Positions 13,805-25,960 of a stretch of DNA of 64,000 nt are shown here, one piece after another. This stretch comes from Lama glama (Eukaryota). Within the stretch, counting starts at the first letter, position 1; the number at the start of each line of letters is the position of its first letter. The DNA is taken from NCBI GenBank assembly GCA_028534125.1, contig CM052818.1, positions 15,130,001 through 15,194,000 of the forward strand, in the 5' to 3' direction. The notes under the pieces were generated by a model, which did no database searches, was not told the origin of the DNA, and saw only the letters and a program-made list of their open reading frames with translations. The position numbers and the translations under genes are program-made.

Positions 13805-14330
13805 TAAAATTTAGGATACCTTCAGTGAAAAATAACAGAAATGACATCTAAAAGTGGCTTAAAAGTGGGAATATATATTCTCTCATAGGACATGTTCTTA
13901 GGGAGGACAATTCTGGAGCTGATTGATTCCATGGCTCAACATCACCCAAGACCCAGGTCTTACCATTTGTCTGCTCCACCGTCTCTAGCATTTGTACTCT
14001 GACCTGTCTTCTCATGATTGCAGGGTGCCCTACATGTTCCAGGCATCACATGCAGGTAGCCACTTTGATGCAAAGGTCTCTTTTTGTTCAGTGAGATAAA
14101 CTGTTTCCAGAGACCACTCCCCACCACCTCTAGATTTCCCCTCACATACCACTGGCCAAGAAGGCGAGACAAGCCCAAGCCTAAAACAATCACAGAAAAA
14201 GGCAGTACTTGGCTGGGGCCAATCATGCTTCACCACGGGGGCTGGGGAGGAGACAAGTGCCCCAGAAGCACTTATCTCTTCTGTCAGTGAAGATAAAAGG
14301 GAAGAAATCTCAACTGATAGCATCTACCAC
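13805..14330 (-). mobile_element. MLT1-type (ERVL-MaLR) LTR, old
   Basis: aaataacagaaa...agtggcttaaa start, gtctgctccaccgtctctagc, catacc actggccaagaa motifs. Confidence 0.65.
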
Positions 14331-14469
14331 AGGCCCCAGGCTTGTCACTCTTCGCCATTTTTGAGGGGACACTCAGTAATATCCATTGAGCCCTAGGAAT
14401 ATTGTAAAACTTTAAAGACAAGTTACTGTGATCTATTTTTAATTTAAAAAATGAATAAGCTGAAGAATA

Positions 14470-15500
14470 ATTTTTAAAAATCTATATTTACCATATACAC
14501 CAAAACAAACTCCAGATGGATTTGAGGTAAATACAAAAAAACAAGCAAAACACCTCTCCATAAGTTCTAGAGAAACTAGAAGAAAATAGCAGTTCATATC
14601 AGAGGAAGAATGTGTACTCTTTTAGCTTTGCAGCAATAAAAAGCAGTAGAAGAATAACATAAAAAGTATTGATATATTTGAACGTAAAAAATTATGAATT
14701 TTTGTATAGTGAGAAAGCAAACTATTAAAAAGGGGCAACTGGCTGGAAAAACATTTTAATCAAAGATTATAAAAAGTTAATATTTCTAATCTGTAGTTTT
14801 ACATTCAAATATAAGAAAAAGTGCACTATAAGATTAGAATAAGCATAAGCATATAATACAGGAGGAGATAATTCACAAGAGGGGAAACGAATAGTAATTA
14901 AGCATGCAAAAAACCACAGAGCCTCATTAGGAAGCAAAGAAATTCAAATGAAAGCAAACTGGAGATGCAATTTTGTACCTGCTAGCAAAACTTTAAAAGA
15001 TTACATACAGTTATGATTATAGTATAGCTCATACACCTGTTCACTGCTGAGAAATTGATAAATCTTTTTGAAAAAATGAATATGACAATATGTAATGAGA
15101 GCCACAAAGATGTTCATGTCTTTTTTTAAATCAGTAATTCAAATATAGAAAGTTTATTCTAACCAAGTAAATCAAGAGGAACAACAAGCTATATATTTTA
15201 AGATACCGCAGTAAAAGCTCTAGTAGAAGTAACTGGAAACTGCAGAAATGTGCAGTATGTGGAAATTGGTTTAATAAGTTATGATCAAACATTATTCAAA
15301 CATTTAAAATGTTAACTATGAAGGCATAATAATAAGGGAAATGTTTGTGATAAACCATGAGAAAATGGTAGCAATCAGAATTGTATTTGCATTAGGATAA
15401 TAATTATGTAAGACATTTACATGTGGAAGATAATACGCAAAGATGGGAACCATGTTAGGAGGATGGGCTATTGGTGTATATTAATTGTACAAAATATTCC
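14470..15500 (+). mobile_element. Ancient L1 (L1M-type) ORF2 3' region/3'UTR, highly decayed
   Basis: accatatacaccaaaacaaactccagatggatt; cctcattaggaagcaaagaaattcaaatgaaagcaaactggagatgcaattttgtacc; A-rich. Confidence 0.7.
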
Positions 15501-15510
15501 TTTAATGCAG

Positions 15511-15579
15511 CTGTATTATTTATGTGTTCTTATGTAATATATTATTCCCCAAATTAATGGCTTAACACAACAAACATTT
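15511..15579 (-). mobile_element. MLT1 LTR terminal fragment
   Basis: tgtaatatattattccccaaattaatggcttaacacaacaaacattt. Confidence 0.5.
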
Positions 15580-15937
15580 TTTTTTGTAAACCCTTTTTTT
15601 AATTAATTAATTTATTTATTTATTTTATTTTTTAACATTTTTTATTGATTTATCATTTTACAATGTTGTGTCAAATTCCAGTGTTCAGCACAATTTTTCA
15701 GTCATCCATGGACATATACACACTCATTGTCACATTTTTTTCCTCTGTGATTTATCATAACATTTTGTGTATATTTCCCTGTGCTATACAGTGTAATCTT
15801 GTTTATCTATTCTACAATTCTGAAATCCCAGTCTATCCCTTCCCACCCTCCACCCCCCTGGTAACCACAAGTCTGTATTCTCTGTCCATGAGTCTTTAGA
15901 TTCCACATATGAGCGATCTCATATGGTATTTTTCTTT
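15580..15937 (-). mobile_element. Young L1 3' end running into the assembly gap
   Basis: T-rich tail then aacattttttattgattta...caatgttgtgtcaaattccagtg...tagattccacatatgagcgatctcatatggtattt; closely similar to 58595-58940. Confidence 0.88.
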
Positions 15938-16437
15938 NNNNNNNNNNNNNNNNNNNNNNNNNNNNNNNNNNNNNNNNNNNNNNNNNNNNNNNNNNNNNNN
16001 NNNNNNNNNNNNNNNNNNNNNNNNNNNNNNNNNNNNNNNNNNNNNNNNNNNNNNNNNNNNNNNNNNNNNNNNNNNNNNNNNNNNNNNNNNNNNNNNNNNN
16101 NNNNNNNNNNNNNNNNNNNNNNNNNNNNNNNNNNNNNNNNNNNNNNNNNNNNNNNNNNNNNNNNNNNNNNNNNNNNNNNNNNNNNNNNNNNNNNNNNNNN
16201 NNNNNNNNNNNNNNNNNNNNNNNNNNNNNNNNNNNNNNNNNNNNNNNNNNNNNNNNNNNNNNNNNNNNNNNNNNNNNNNNNNNNNNNNNNNNNNNNNNNN
16301 NNNNNNNNNNNNNNNNNNNNNNNNNNNNNNNNNNNNNNNNNNNNNNNNNNNNNNNNNNNNNNNNNNNNNNNNNNNNNNNNNNNNNNNNNNNNNNNNNNNN
16401 NNNNNNNNNNNNNNNNNNNNNNNNNNNNNNNNNNNNN
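15938..16437. other. Assembly gap (500 N)
   Basis: Run of N. Confidence 0.99.
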
Positions 16438-16989
16438 GGTGTATATTTCACTTAAATGAACAATTACTTCTGAGCCATCATGATACATTTGGAATTCAAG
16501 TTAAAAAAATTTTTTTTGGAATTTAAAAAAAAAGTCACAGAGCTACAGTCTGTAATTACTAAACACATATGGAAAAACAGAAAGCCAATGCCAGTTAGTG
16601 TTAGAGCTACAATTAAGAAGACTGGAGCATCTTGCTCAAATTCTGAAATCTTTTCATTTGTTATATTCAGCTTTCAATTTTCTTGGGGACTGAGGACTAG
16701 ACACCCCATCTGGCTTCTTCTCAGGCTCTGTTTTCCTCCTGCCAAGCTTTTGGTGACTCTAAATGTTTCTGGGTCCTGTGTTAGACAGAAAGTGGGGAAT
16801 GTGAGGAGGATGTTGATGATGACAATAATAAAACTCCACGGTGTCTTTGAAGGGAAGGTTGAAGAGTCTTTAATGGATTTTTTGAGAAGGTTATTTTATT
16901 CCCAGGAGCTGGTGTTATCTAGTGAACAGACCATGCACTTTGGAATTGAAACGACCTGGATTTGATGCCTTGCTTTGTCACTCCCTTCC

Positions 16990-17300
16990 TTTAATAAAGG
17001 TTTATTGTGCCAGATATTGTGATAGATGCCAGGGACATAGCAATGAAGAAGATGAGGTACCACCTTCAAAGAGTTTGGTCCAGTGGAGAATAAAGACAAG
17101 AAGGAAAGCAGGTAAATCCAAGGTGCTAATCGGAAGGCACTTACCCAGTCTTGGTGGTGGGAGGTTCCAAGTCATGAAAGGTTTCGAAGAAGAGGAAACA
17201 TTTACATAGAGCTGAAGAGAGGAGCAGGAAGAACAGGTACAGGGATCTGGAAACAAGAGTGAGCTTTGACGTGTGCATCTGAAAGTAGCTCTGGATGGCT
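16990..17300 (-). mobile_element. L2 LINE 3' fragment
   Basis: ttgtgccagatattgtgatagatgccagggacatagcaatgaagaaga...ccttcaaagagtttggtccagtggaga. Confidence 0.6.
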
Positions 17301-17429
17301 GATGGGCAGACATGGCTCGTTGGTGGGCCCAAGGGCCATTTCTATCTTCTTTTTCCTTTTCCACCTTCCACCACAGAGGCCTCTCTTGAAGCTGATGATG
17401 GCTCTATGATACAGTTCTGGATGATGCGA

Positions 17430-17750
17430 TGTTAGCCCAGTTTGTGGGAGGAATCTGGGAAAGTTTTTGTTTTCAGGATTAAGAAGGAAATTTCAGCGGG
17501 CACAGAATGTTCCCCTTCCTCCCCCTCCTTGCTTTGAGCATTGATAGGATGCTTACAAGAACAGCTGTCATTTTGTGACCGTGAAGTAACAACACAGCAA
17601 ATCCGAATGGTGTGAAGAGAAAAAACAGAAACAGCCTGGATCCTTGCTGACATCATGCAGTTATTATGGCTGCCTGAATCTCCCACCTACAGACTTGGGT
17701 GAAAAAAATAAATTCTGTTTAAGCCAACACACCACATTTCTAACTGATAG
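17430..17750 (+). mobile_element. MLT1-type LTR, old
   Basis: agctgtcattttgtgaccgtga...cctggatccttgctgacatc...aataaattctgtttaagcca...ctaactgata. Confidence 0.65.
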
Positions 17751-17864
17751 AGAACGCATCATCAGACTGGAGTTTGAGCCAAAAAACAAAAAAGGATGAG
17801 GTTGAAGATGTGAACCATGTGAAGACATTTAAGCCTCATCTCAAGGGCAACTGGAAACCTTTGG

Positions 17865-18020
17865 CAAACAACTTAGTTTCTCTAAGGCTCAGTTTCCTCA
17901 TCAGTAAAGCAAGAGTAATGATGTCTGCCATGTGCCATGTGAAGATTAAATGGGATAAGATATGTAAATACCCAGTCATGTTGGCACTGAATAGGCAACT
18001 TAATAATCTACAGCTATTTC
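17865..18020 (+). mobile_element. MIR SINE
   Basis: ctctaaggctcagtttcctcatcagtaaa...gtgaagattaaatgggataa...ataggcaacttaataa. Confidence 0.75.
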
Positions 18021-18117
18021 TGTGATGACAGCATTGATGAAGACGAAATAAATGTCAACTGTGTGTCCACCTGAATTGGTGGACATGGTATACAGCTGCT
18101 CTGTTTTCTATGGCTTT

Positions 18118-18360
18118 TTGTTCATTCATTCACTCAGCAAATTTATAGTAAGCAACGATTGCGCGTCAGGCACTCTGTTAGGCCAGGACTGAAATGATCC
18201 TTGCTCTCATAGGATTTAACATTCTCGAGGGAGGAGACAAAAAGAAGCAAGCAAACTGGGAAACAAGACAATTTCAGCTACGACTGACTTGTTCTCTAGG
18301 TTGTGTAGTACCTTGGTGACAGGGAGCTACTTCTTGGAAGTGGGTCTCTCAAAGGCAGGG
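18118..18360 (-). mobile_element. L2 LINE 3' end
   Basis: ttcattcattcactcagcaaatttatagtaagcaac...gtcaggcactctgttagg...ccttgctctcataggatttaacattct. Confidence 0.7.
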
Positions 18361-18689
18361 AAAAGTTCCTAAGGATTCTAAAAATACTGAGGAATCTAAA
18401 AACTCCAAGAAAAGCACATGTGGTAAAGTGAGTGTGCCTGCTTCAGCAACATCGTTAGATAGTACTGAGTGTGGACTGGGGAGAGAGGCAGGTTATAGAG
18501 AGGGAGAAAGTGCAGGGGCGCTCTGAGCAGCCCTCTCATTAGACGGTTTTGTGGGCCCTTAAGTGAAGTCCCTTCTCTGTTCTGAATACACACCACAGCC
18601 CAGTGGCATTCCCTGGTCAGGGAGCCCAGGTATACTTGGCCTGCAGGAAGTAGCTAGTTTTGTTGGAAAATAGGGATAATTTTAAGGGA

Positions 18690-18910
18690 GTATAGTGTGG
18701 GCTCTGGGATTAGGCTGTGTGGGCTCAGACTGAACTCCACACCTTTCACAGCTGTGTGAGAGTTACTTAACCTTGCTAAGTCTCGATTTCCTAACTGTAC
18801 TTTGAGGAACAGTTGCGTAATTACTGCCTAAGGTCATTTTGAAGACTGAATGAACTGACCTATGCAAAGCACCCATGCATAGCAAGCATGCAATAGACAT
18901 TAGCTAGTTT
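18690..18910 (+). mobile_element. MIR SINE
   Basis: gtgtgggctctggga...cagctgtgtga...gttacttaaccttgctaagtctcgatttcct...tatgcaaagcac. Confidence 0.7.
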
Positions 18911-19026
18911 TGTTGTTGTCAGTTTCCCCAGTGGTAGAATATGACCAATTATCTGACCCGTCAAACTCAACCATCAGTTTTGGGGAATCAACAATCTCTT
19001 TTTCTCTTCTTAAAAGGATATGAACT

Positions 19027-19175
19027 GGGGAGCGGGAGGGTATAGCTCAATGATAGAGTGCATGCCTAGCATGCACAAGGTCCCAGGTCCAACCCTCAGT
19101 ACCGCCATTAAAAAATAAATAAATAAATAAATAACCGAATTATCCCCTGCCCCTCCACAAAAAAGAAAAAAAAAA
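19027..19175 (+). mobile_element. tRNA-derived SINE (Vic-1-like, camelid)
   Basis: gggagggtatagctcaatgatagagtgcatgcctagcatgcacaaggtcccaggtccaaccctcagtacc (A box and degenerate B box), (taaa)n linker, C-rich motif, A tail. Confidence 0.88.
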
Positions 19176-20290
19176 TTTTTTTGTGTGTGAAATTATAAAA
19201 AAGAAGAACACGAATTTTTTTTAAAAAGAAACTTTCTTTTTTAATATGAATGTCTGCTTAGGTCTTATGAGAAGTCTCTAAAGATTACTGGCAGGGTTTT
19301 GGTGCTCTCAGAAGAAAGTTCTTTAAGTTTGTTGGGATGTAAGTTATTCACCCCAGAAGGCTTGAATTTACAGAGTAAATGGGGTTCCCTTTGGCCTCCC
19401 ACTGGGTGTTCATCAGAAGCCGGGACATCTCATAAGGGTCTGTGTGAATTGTCATTTCCAGCTGCACATTTGTTTCTTCCATATAAGCTTGAGTGTGGCC
19501 AGTGTCACTTTGCAGGGGCTTTCTCTCTTTTCAAAGTCAGAAAATGTGCACACATTGAACAGATATTTATTGAGCTCTTACTACATGCTGGCAGTGTTTT
19601 TCAGAGCACATAGCATCTAACTCTTCTGGTACCTCTGTCAGAGAGGCCATGGAATTTGGGCAGCCACTTGATAGTTGATAGTTGTAGCTGTTGCAAGACT
19701 GTCTATAACCAGATGAACAGCTTGTTTGCCTGTGCCTGATCATCGGACCCTGGATGTCTGACCATCTTCCCTCGATATCATCACTTGCTGAAAGATACCA
19801 GCCTTTTATTCAGTTAGACACAGTTTTCTTCCCTCTATGAGAGAATACTCTTGCACAAATGTTCCTGCTGTGACACCATGATGTTAAGATCTACCTTCTT
19901 CTTATTGGCAGCTCTGAGTCTTTGTTTTTATGGCGAATAACTTCCTTCTGTAACTGAGCGTCCTGCCACATCATAGTATTTGGCTTTGAAAATCATTTAT
20001 TATGTGTGAACAGGGCGGACCCAGGCAGGTGAACCAACCTGATTTCCTGTCTTGATTAAGACAGTTTTGAGCTCGGGAGGCTAAAACACCATTGTCATCT
20101 CTTTATGGATTAGTCCTTCACGAGGACAGAGTCTTGTGGGCCTGATGTAAATATGCATCCTTAAAACAAATAATGGATTATAAGGGGAATCCCAAATAAA
20201 CATCTAGACACTTGAAGCATTGGTGTTCCTCAGGAGGAATCTCACCGTTCTGCACTCTTGTGTCAAAGCCATAGGAGGAGCAGATATTTT

Positions 20291-20785
20291 AAGTCAGGAT
20301 CGATTTCTACTGTGAACAACAGAAATTCTGACTACAAGCTCATTTTCTCATGTAACAAGCTAGCATTATTAGCTCAGTGACTCAGTATTTTTAGAGCTGG
20401 TGTCTCTAAGATTCTCTTGGCCTTTTTTTTTTTTTTTATGGTAGCAGAAATCTCCTTGCTCTTGACATCACATCTGTGTTCAAGGCAGGAAGAAAAGGGA
20501 AGAAAAAGACAGTGCCAAATATGTCTCTCTGCTTTATTAGGAAAGTAAAACCTTCCCCAAAGTCTCCTGCCTGACTTCCCTTGACAGGTCATTACCAGGG
20601 CTGGGCAACAGGGCTACCTCTCAACTCAAGAATGTCTGGGAAAGTGGGCAGTGGGTGGCCATGATTGATTTACACCGATCAAAATTCATTCCCTGGGATG
20701 GGATGTATTCTCACCCCAATCAAAATAACAGTTTTATTAGCAAGAAGGAGAAATAGATACTGTTTAGGCAACTAACCGTGTGTGC
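20291..20785 (-). mobile_element. MLT1-type LTR, old
   Basis: agtcaggatcgatttctactgtgaacaacagaaa...catcacatctgtgttcaaggcaggaag...gatactgtttaggcaactaac. Confidence 0.65.
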
Positions 20786-21317
20786 CCCAGAGTTCATTTT
20801 CCCAGTCATTTTTGCCATCAGGAGCCACAGGAACAGGCTGTTGGAAAGCACTTTGGAGCATCACTCTTTTCAACTCCATTCCCACTGTGATTTAGAGCAT
20901 GGCAGGGACCAGAAACACTCACCTCGTAAGTGGGGAAATGCTCTCATGTTGCAGTTCCTGCCTTTTCAGGGGCACTACCTCCTCCAGTTCACTCCTACAT
21001 AGAGACCAACAGGGTTACCTCATTCCCCATCCTCCCTCTGAGCTCGTTCCAAACGCTTTTGATGGCTGCAGAGCGAATAGCAGAGCCTTTCTCCCTGTCA
21101 CAGTCACGCACACGTTTTTGGGCTGATAATAGAGAGGGAAGTGGACTGTCAGTAATAGATGATTATTTCAGCCAACAGATGCTCTTGGTGTTTAAAATGA
21201 AAGGCAAAACAAATCTCCAAACCCTAAAACGTTAGAGATCCAGAGCTAATGCCTGATAAAAGAATTTAATGTTAGCATCACAGCTCTACCCAGCAGAGAG
21301 GAAACAGTTCTTATCAC

Positions 21318-21906
21318 TGGTAGTGAGGTGGGAAGCCCCATAAAAAGACCGGCAGGACCCCTAGGCGGGGCTGCTGCTCTCCCAGCACCGTCTGGTTCCC
21401 TGGCCTAGAGGCTTTATCTCACTTTTTGCCTCTAAAGTGGCTAACTTACACCTAGAATTCTATTGGTTCCCTGAGCTCACTTCTGATTGGTTATTTCCTT
21501 CATTCCTGATTGGTTATTACACTCACTCCTGATTGGTTATTACCCTCACTCCTGATTGGTTATTACTCTCACCTCTGACTGGTCCACTTCCCAAACCTCT
21601 GATTGGTCCATTTGTAGTATTTCATATGCATGGAGCTCACTCCTGATTGGTCTAGTTCTACAAAGCTTGTTCCTGGTTGGTCAACTTCTGTTGTACTTTA
21701 TTTGCATATGATGTTGGAAAGTGTAAGACTGGCGGCCTATAAAAGGTCTGTGTAAAGCTACAGAGGGGGTCCAGAGCTTGAAGTGTTAACTCGTGTAGCC
21801 CCGCTGGAGTGATAAACCTGAGTTCTCCAGCTCTCCGAGTGCCGCTTGGTCTCTCGGTGGCATCCAGGTTGCTGCCACCGCTGAGCTGTAACACCGAGCT
21901 GTAACA
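21318..21906 (+). mobile_element. ERV1-class solo LTR with tandem CCAAT array
   Basis: U3 repeats containing ctgattgg; TATAAAA 21738-21744; gataaa 21811; ends gagctgtaaca x2 (CA terminus); CpG retained; 5' boundary approximate. Confidence 0.8.
21461..21744 (+). promoter_or_regulatory. LTR promoter: inverted CCAAT (NF-Y) array, octamer and TATA
   Basis: ATTGG at 21462, 21486, 21509, 21532, 21555, 21602, 21646; ATTTGCAT 21700-21707; TATAAAA 21738-21744. Activity unknown. Confidence 0.6.
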
Positions 21907-23791
21907 CATTTTTCTGCAGCAGTAGTAAGTAGAGTGTCCAGAGATTGACTTTTTATTTCAGACTTGTCTTATGCTAACGTTTTGTCCTAGAATGCTTCCC
22001 AGCCCCACCAGTGGCAGTAAATTAGAGTTATGGCCAGTTGGTCTGTCATCCTATTTTGGGGATTGTGAGGAGGTGGGCGTAAGACTGAAAGGGATAGAGA
22101 AGACACAGTTTGTCACCACGTGCTACCGAGGGGCACCTCTTTGCCAGGACCGCACTGGCATCAGTGCCGGCGAGAGCTGCCATCTGCTGTGTGCTGCTCG
22201 TTGTTGGCGGCCTGACAGTCACAAAGGCTCAAGTTGGTGTTTGCGTTACCTTTCTAGAGTGCAGGTGGGCCAGGCATTCGGTGTGAGGAAAACCTTCTCA
22301 CGACCTGGGAAGGATTGTTAATCTTGACCCCTTTAATGGTCATTTCTCCCCGCCTGCTTTTGGGGCACGCATGTTGAACATAACCAAAGGAGTTCTATGT
22401 AACAAGTCCTTTATTTTTCTATCTAGTGAATAAAGGACTCGAGTGGCCTCTGACTGAAGTTTGTAATTATATTCCAAAGTGGCCCCATTATTGATGTTGT
22501 CCTGAGAGAGGAATGGACAGTTTGACTCTCTTGAGAGCCAGTTGTGGAGCTGTTAAGGATTAGCCAGAAACATCAGTGAAGCTGGACACTTCTCCTCAGG
22601 ACAGAAGCACATTCATCTAAATTGAAATCTAAAGTGAGCTGGGAAGGATTTGAGAGAATTCCCCAGGCACGTGGTCCATTACTTGTTTAAAAGCACAGAG
22701 GAAGTTTTCTTTCACCATTCGTGCTTTAACCAGCTCACAAGTGAGTGAAAAAAATGCAAACTCAGGAATTATAGCAAAGAAGCTTTGATTATTATGTCTT
22801 TTGTATATTGAATAGAATATATTAAGAAACATGAAACTTATGCTTTGCTTTTGGCTGCAGGTAATTTTAAATGAAAAATGAAGTTGGTGCTGCTTCCTTC
22901 CTTCCTTCATAGTATGCTTATGCGTTCAAGAGATTTTAATTTACCATGAGGAGAATAATTGAAACAAAATGACTGAAGGGCAAAAGACAAAAACAAATCC
23001 CCAACAAACAGAAAACCTGGTATCTTCTTGATTCTCATTTCTCTCAATTTCTTCAACTTAAGTTTTCCCTTATCTGCCTTGCTGGTGAAAACCCTAGGAT
23101 GACAGGAGGAAGAAACCCTCTTTCTGTAATTTCAGAAAAGGTTTAAGTGTTTCCATCCTTGATGGAAGTGACTTATTTCCTGCGGGAACCTTTGTGTTCC
23201 TGACTCAGCATCTTCAGTTCTTGGTGGGGAAGGTTTGTCATCCCTGACCTGCTGTGTGAGCTGATGGTGCCAGGAGTGCAGGCCTGATCAGCGTTCACAG
23301 GAAAGTCTGCCCCGGGGGCTTTGCGGGAAAGGATGTTGTGGGTGGAAACTGTCAGTTTTAACTTTTCTACACTCGATTATCTTATTCCCATTGTATGTTA
23401 TTTCCTGAAATGAGCTTTTACAAGTGTGGTTTCCAGAATCATCTTAACCTGAGCTTTTCTTGTGATAATCACTTTCACAGGAACCTTCTGTGGGGAGGTG
23501 CCTTCAGCTGCTGTGTGACTTCTGTTGTTATGGCTTCTCAGTTCACAGATGAGGAAACTGAGGAGGTCCTGTGGGGGGTGGGAGTGGGACTTATCTACAA
23601 AGTAAGGGTGAACGTGCAGGGGGTATGAGATGAGGCTTGTGACACATCTCCTGTGTTAGGTTGTTGTCTTTACCCCTGATATGGTCACGGATAATACCAT
23701 TTTCTCAGAGATACTTTCTACCAAGCTGATTTAGGAAGAATTAAAATAAATTTGTTTTTTCTTTCATCTTGCAAAATAGAAGTGTTGCCGC

Positions 23792-24447
23792 TGTCAGGGA
23801 AATATAATTAAAAACCAAATCTCCCAACCCAGAAAACCTCTCTGCAAAGTAGTGGAGAAGGAAAACAATTTTTTAATTGAATAAGCATTAAACCAAGATG
23901 TGGTGTGCATCACAGGCAGTCCACTAAGCGATTGCAAAGACAGAAAGGAACTGACTCCCTTATATAGCCAAGCAGATGTCACCCGTTCCATACACGCTCC
24001 AAGATAAGAAATAACTAGTCCTATAGGAAGAGGCCTCGATGGAGCCATTTGTCACAAATAATTCAGCCCATCTTTATCTGGTAATTGGGGCGAACATCTG
24101 TGTTAGCTTATTGGCTTGATCCAGAGGAAAACAAACTTGTCTTTATGATAGGAAGCAGCTTTGCAAATAGGAGGAAGGCCTCCACCGCGGTTAGGCTCTG
24201 AGCTTCCCGCAGAAACTGGCTCCCAGGCTCTCTGAAAAAGACATTCCTGGGTCCTAGACCTGACAAAGGGCCTATCTAGTTTTCAGAAGGATTTATATGT
24301 ATCTCCAACAGGGGAGAAAGTACTTACTTACAATGATGTTTTCTAGAGTAAACCTTCTAAGGGAAAGGAAGTGGGAGGAAATCTCTTCTGTTGTTATCAA
24401 CAGGAAGAATTAAATCTCTTATTTTTAATATTTTTTGTGCTCCTACT
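23792..24447 (-). mobile_element. ERV1-class solo LTR (MER34-related)
   Basis: Begins tgtcagggaaatataattaaaaaccaaatctcccaacccagaaaacctctc; ends ttttgtgctcctact; about 650 bp. Confidence 0.6.
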
Positions 24448-24449
24448 AC

Positions 24450-24980
24450 TGACCCAAGGGAAAGATGTCAGCCGTCATCAGCCGCAGGGGAGCTACCCAC
24501 AGTAACTGTAGGAGAGCCTCCGGGAGTAGGGGCTGTGCCTCCCGGACGCTGGCATGTGTTGGTTCTCCATTCACAGAGCCTGTCCGCTGGTTGGCCCACG
24601 AGCTGGATCTGGGTAATCGAAGGTCCCTCACCCCCTCCCCTGTGTTTGTTATGCACGTTCTGCCCACTGTTCCCATAGCTGGAGCCATTTCAAGGATGCA
24701 GCTTTGAAAGAGTAATGTGTTGTTGAGACCATGTGGGTGCTGTACATGACTGAACCAGTTAAGGCTCTAGATGAGCATCTAAGATGCTGGCGGGTGAGCA
24801 CAGAGATCTTCTCATCTTATGGCGCCCAAGACAAGTCTCATAAGGAAGTTCCCTTGCTTATTATACCTGCCATCTACCCATTTGGAGTGGCCTGCCTCTT
24901 TCTTCCATCTCTCCTTGCCCTCTGAGTATGAGGACCAGTTGCAGATTTCACCTGGGAAGCTCCTGTGGTTTTGAACTGGC
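24450..24980 (+). mobile_element. ERV LTR, same family as 45613-46032
   Basis: Shares gttcccatagctggagccatttcaaggatgcagctttgaaagagtaatgtgttgttgagacca and caagacaagtctcataag with the second copy. Confidence 0.7.
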
Positions 24981-24989
24981 AGCCTAGAG

Positions 24990-25160
24990 AAGAATTAGCC
25001 AAGAAACTTGTTTCAACTGCAGATGCCTGAACTCTGCTGGTCCCAACCCCAGGGAATCTAATTCAGTCTGTTTGAAAAGGGACTCAGGAATTTGAATACT
25101 TAGCAATCCCCATCGTGAATTTAATACAGATGGCCCTCAGATCACACTTTGAAAAACCCT
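24990..25160. mobile_element. MER5-like hAT element
   Basis: aactgcagatgcctg...cccagggaatctaattcagt...gactcaggaatttgaatacttagcaa...cacactttgaaaaacc. Confidence 0.6.
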
Positions 25161-25161
25161 A

Positions 25162-25375
25162 GTGGAGTGGACTGAGCTCCAGAGTCAGATGGATCTGGCT
25201 GTGGATCATTATGAGCTGAATGGTCTCAGCAAAGTTACTTCTCTGAGCATCAATACTCTGATATACAAGGACATTTCCTTATCAGGACTGAGTGAGGATG
25301 ACAAGAATGAGTATAAAGTGCCCCAAGGAGTGTCTGGAGTGTAGCATGTGCTCAGTAAATAGTAGCTGCCATTCC
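25162..25375 (+). mobile_element. MIR SINE
   Basis: gagctccagagtcagatggatctgg...aagttacttctctgagcatcaat...catgtgctcagtaaatagtagctg. Confidence 0.7.
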
Positions 25376-25489
25376 TATTTTTACTGTATAAACCACTAAC
25401 CATCATGTTTATAAATGGCCCTCCCACATGGAGTTGAAAGGCCATGTAAATTGTGAGCTCTCTGTACGATTTGAGAGGTGACTCTGACC

Positions 25490-25960
25490 TCATGAATGCA
25501 TCAGATTGAACCACATTTATTATAAGGATCCTGGGTGTCATCAGGAATGTGTGGATAGGAATCGAGTTGCTGAGTATTCGGGAGATCTGGGAGGCTGAGA
25601 GCCTGTGCTGGAGGTGCCTTCTTTTGTCTCTGCTTGTTTTTGAGAAGCTGCTTCACTCTTGTCTCCTGTCTGTAGACGACTTCCCACCTTGAATGTGGAC
25701 CTGAGGCCCAGGGTGCAGTGGGAGCCTGTGAATTCTCGCTAGCATCCACAAAGTGATGAGCATGAACATAAAGCCAAGGGGGCAGAGGGCAGGGGAGGGG
25801 AAACAGAAAGGGCCGGCATCCTCGGCAGTGCGGTCCAGCTGCCGCATCAGCCCTGTACTGCCCATGCAGGACTCCCTGCGATGTGAAGCAAATAAACCCT
25901 CTCTGTTTAAGCCACCAGAACGCAGGCTTTTCTGCTACTAATGGCTGAGCACTGACTGAG
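25490..25960 (+). mobile_element. MLT1-type LTR, old
   Basis: cccaccttgaatgtggacctgagg...gatgtgaagcaaataaaccctctctgtttaagccacc...ttttctgctact. Confidence 0.6.

Noticed and set aside
15807..16526. Longest ORFs in the track (178-214 aa)
   Set aside because: Artefacts of translating through the N gap
18064..18085. 8-bp inverted repeat tgtccacc/ggtggaca (and ccaaatga/tcatttgg near 53256-53277)
   Set aside because: Short hairpins of this size are expected by chance in 64 kb; intrinsic terminators are not relevant in mammalian DNA
19033..19105. tRNA-like sequences here and at 28.5, 31.3, 36.4 and 47.4 kb
   Set aside because: They are SINE heads with A-rich tails, TSDs in some copies and mutated stems, not tRNA genes
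21480..21610. CRISPR-like regularly spaced repeats
   Set aside because: Tandem 23-bp LTR U3 repeats with no unique spacers, no cas genes, in mammalian DNA
22003..22020. CTCF-like motif ccaccagtggcag
   Set aside because: Lacks one base of the core spacing; too weak to call
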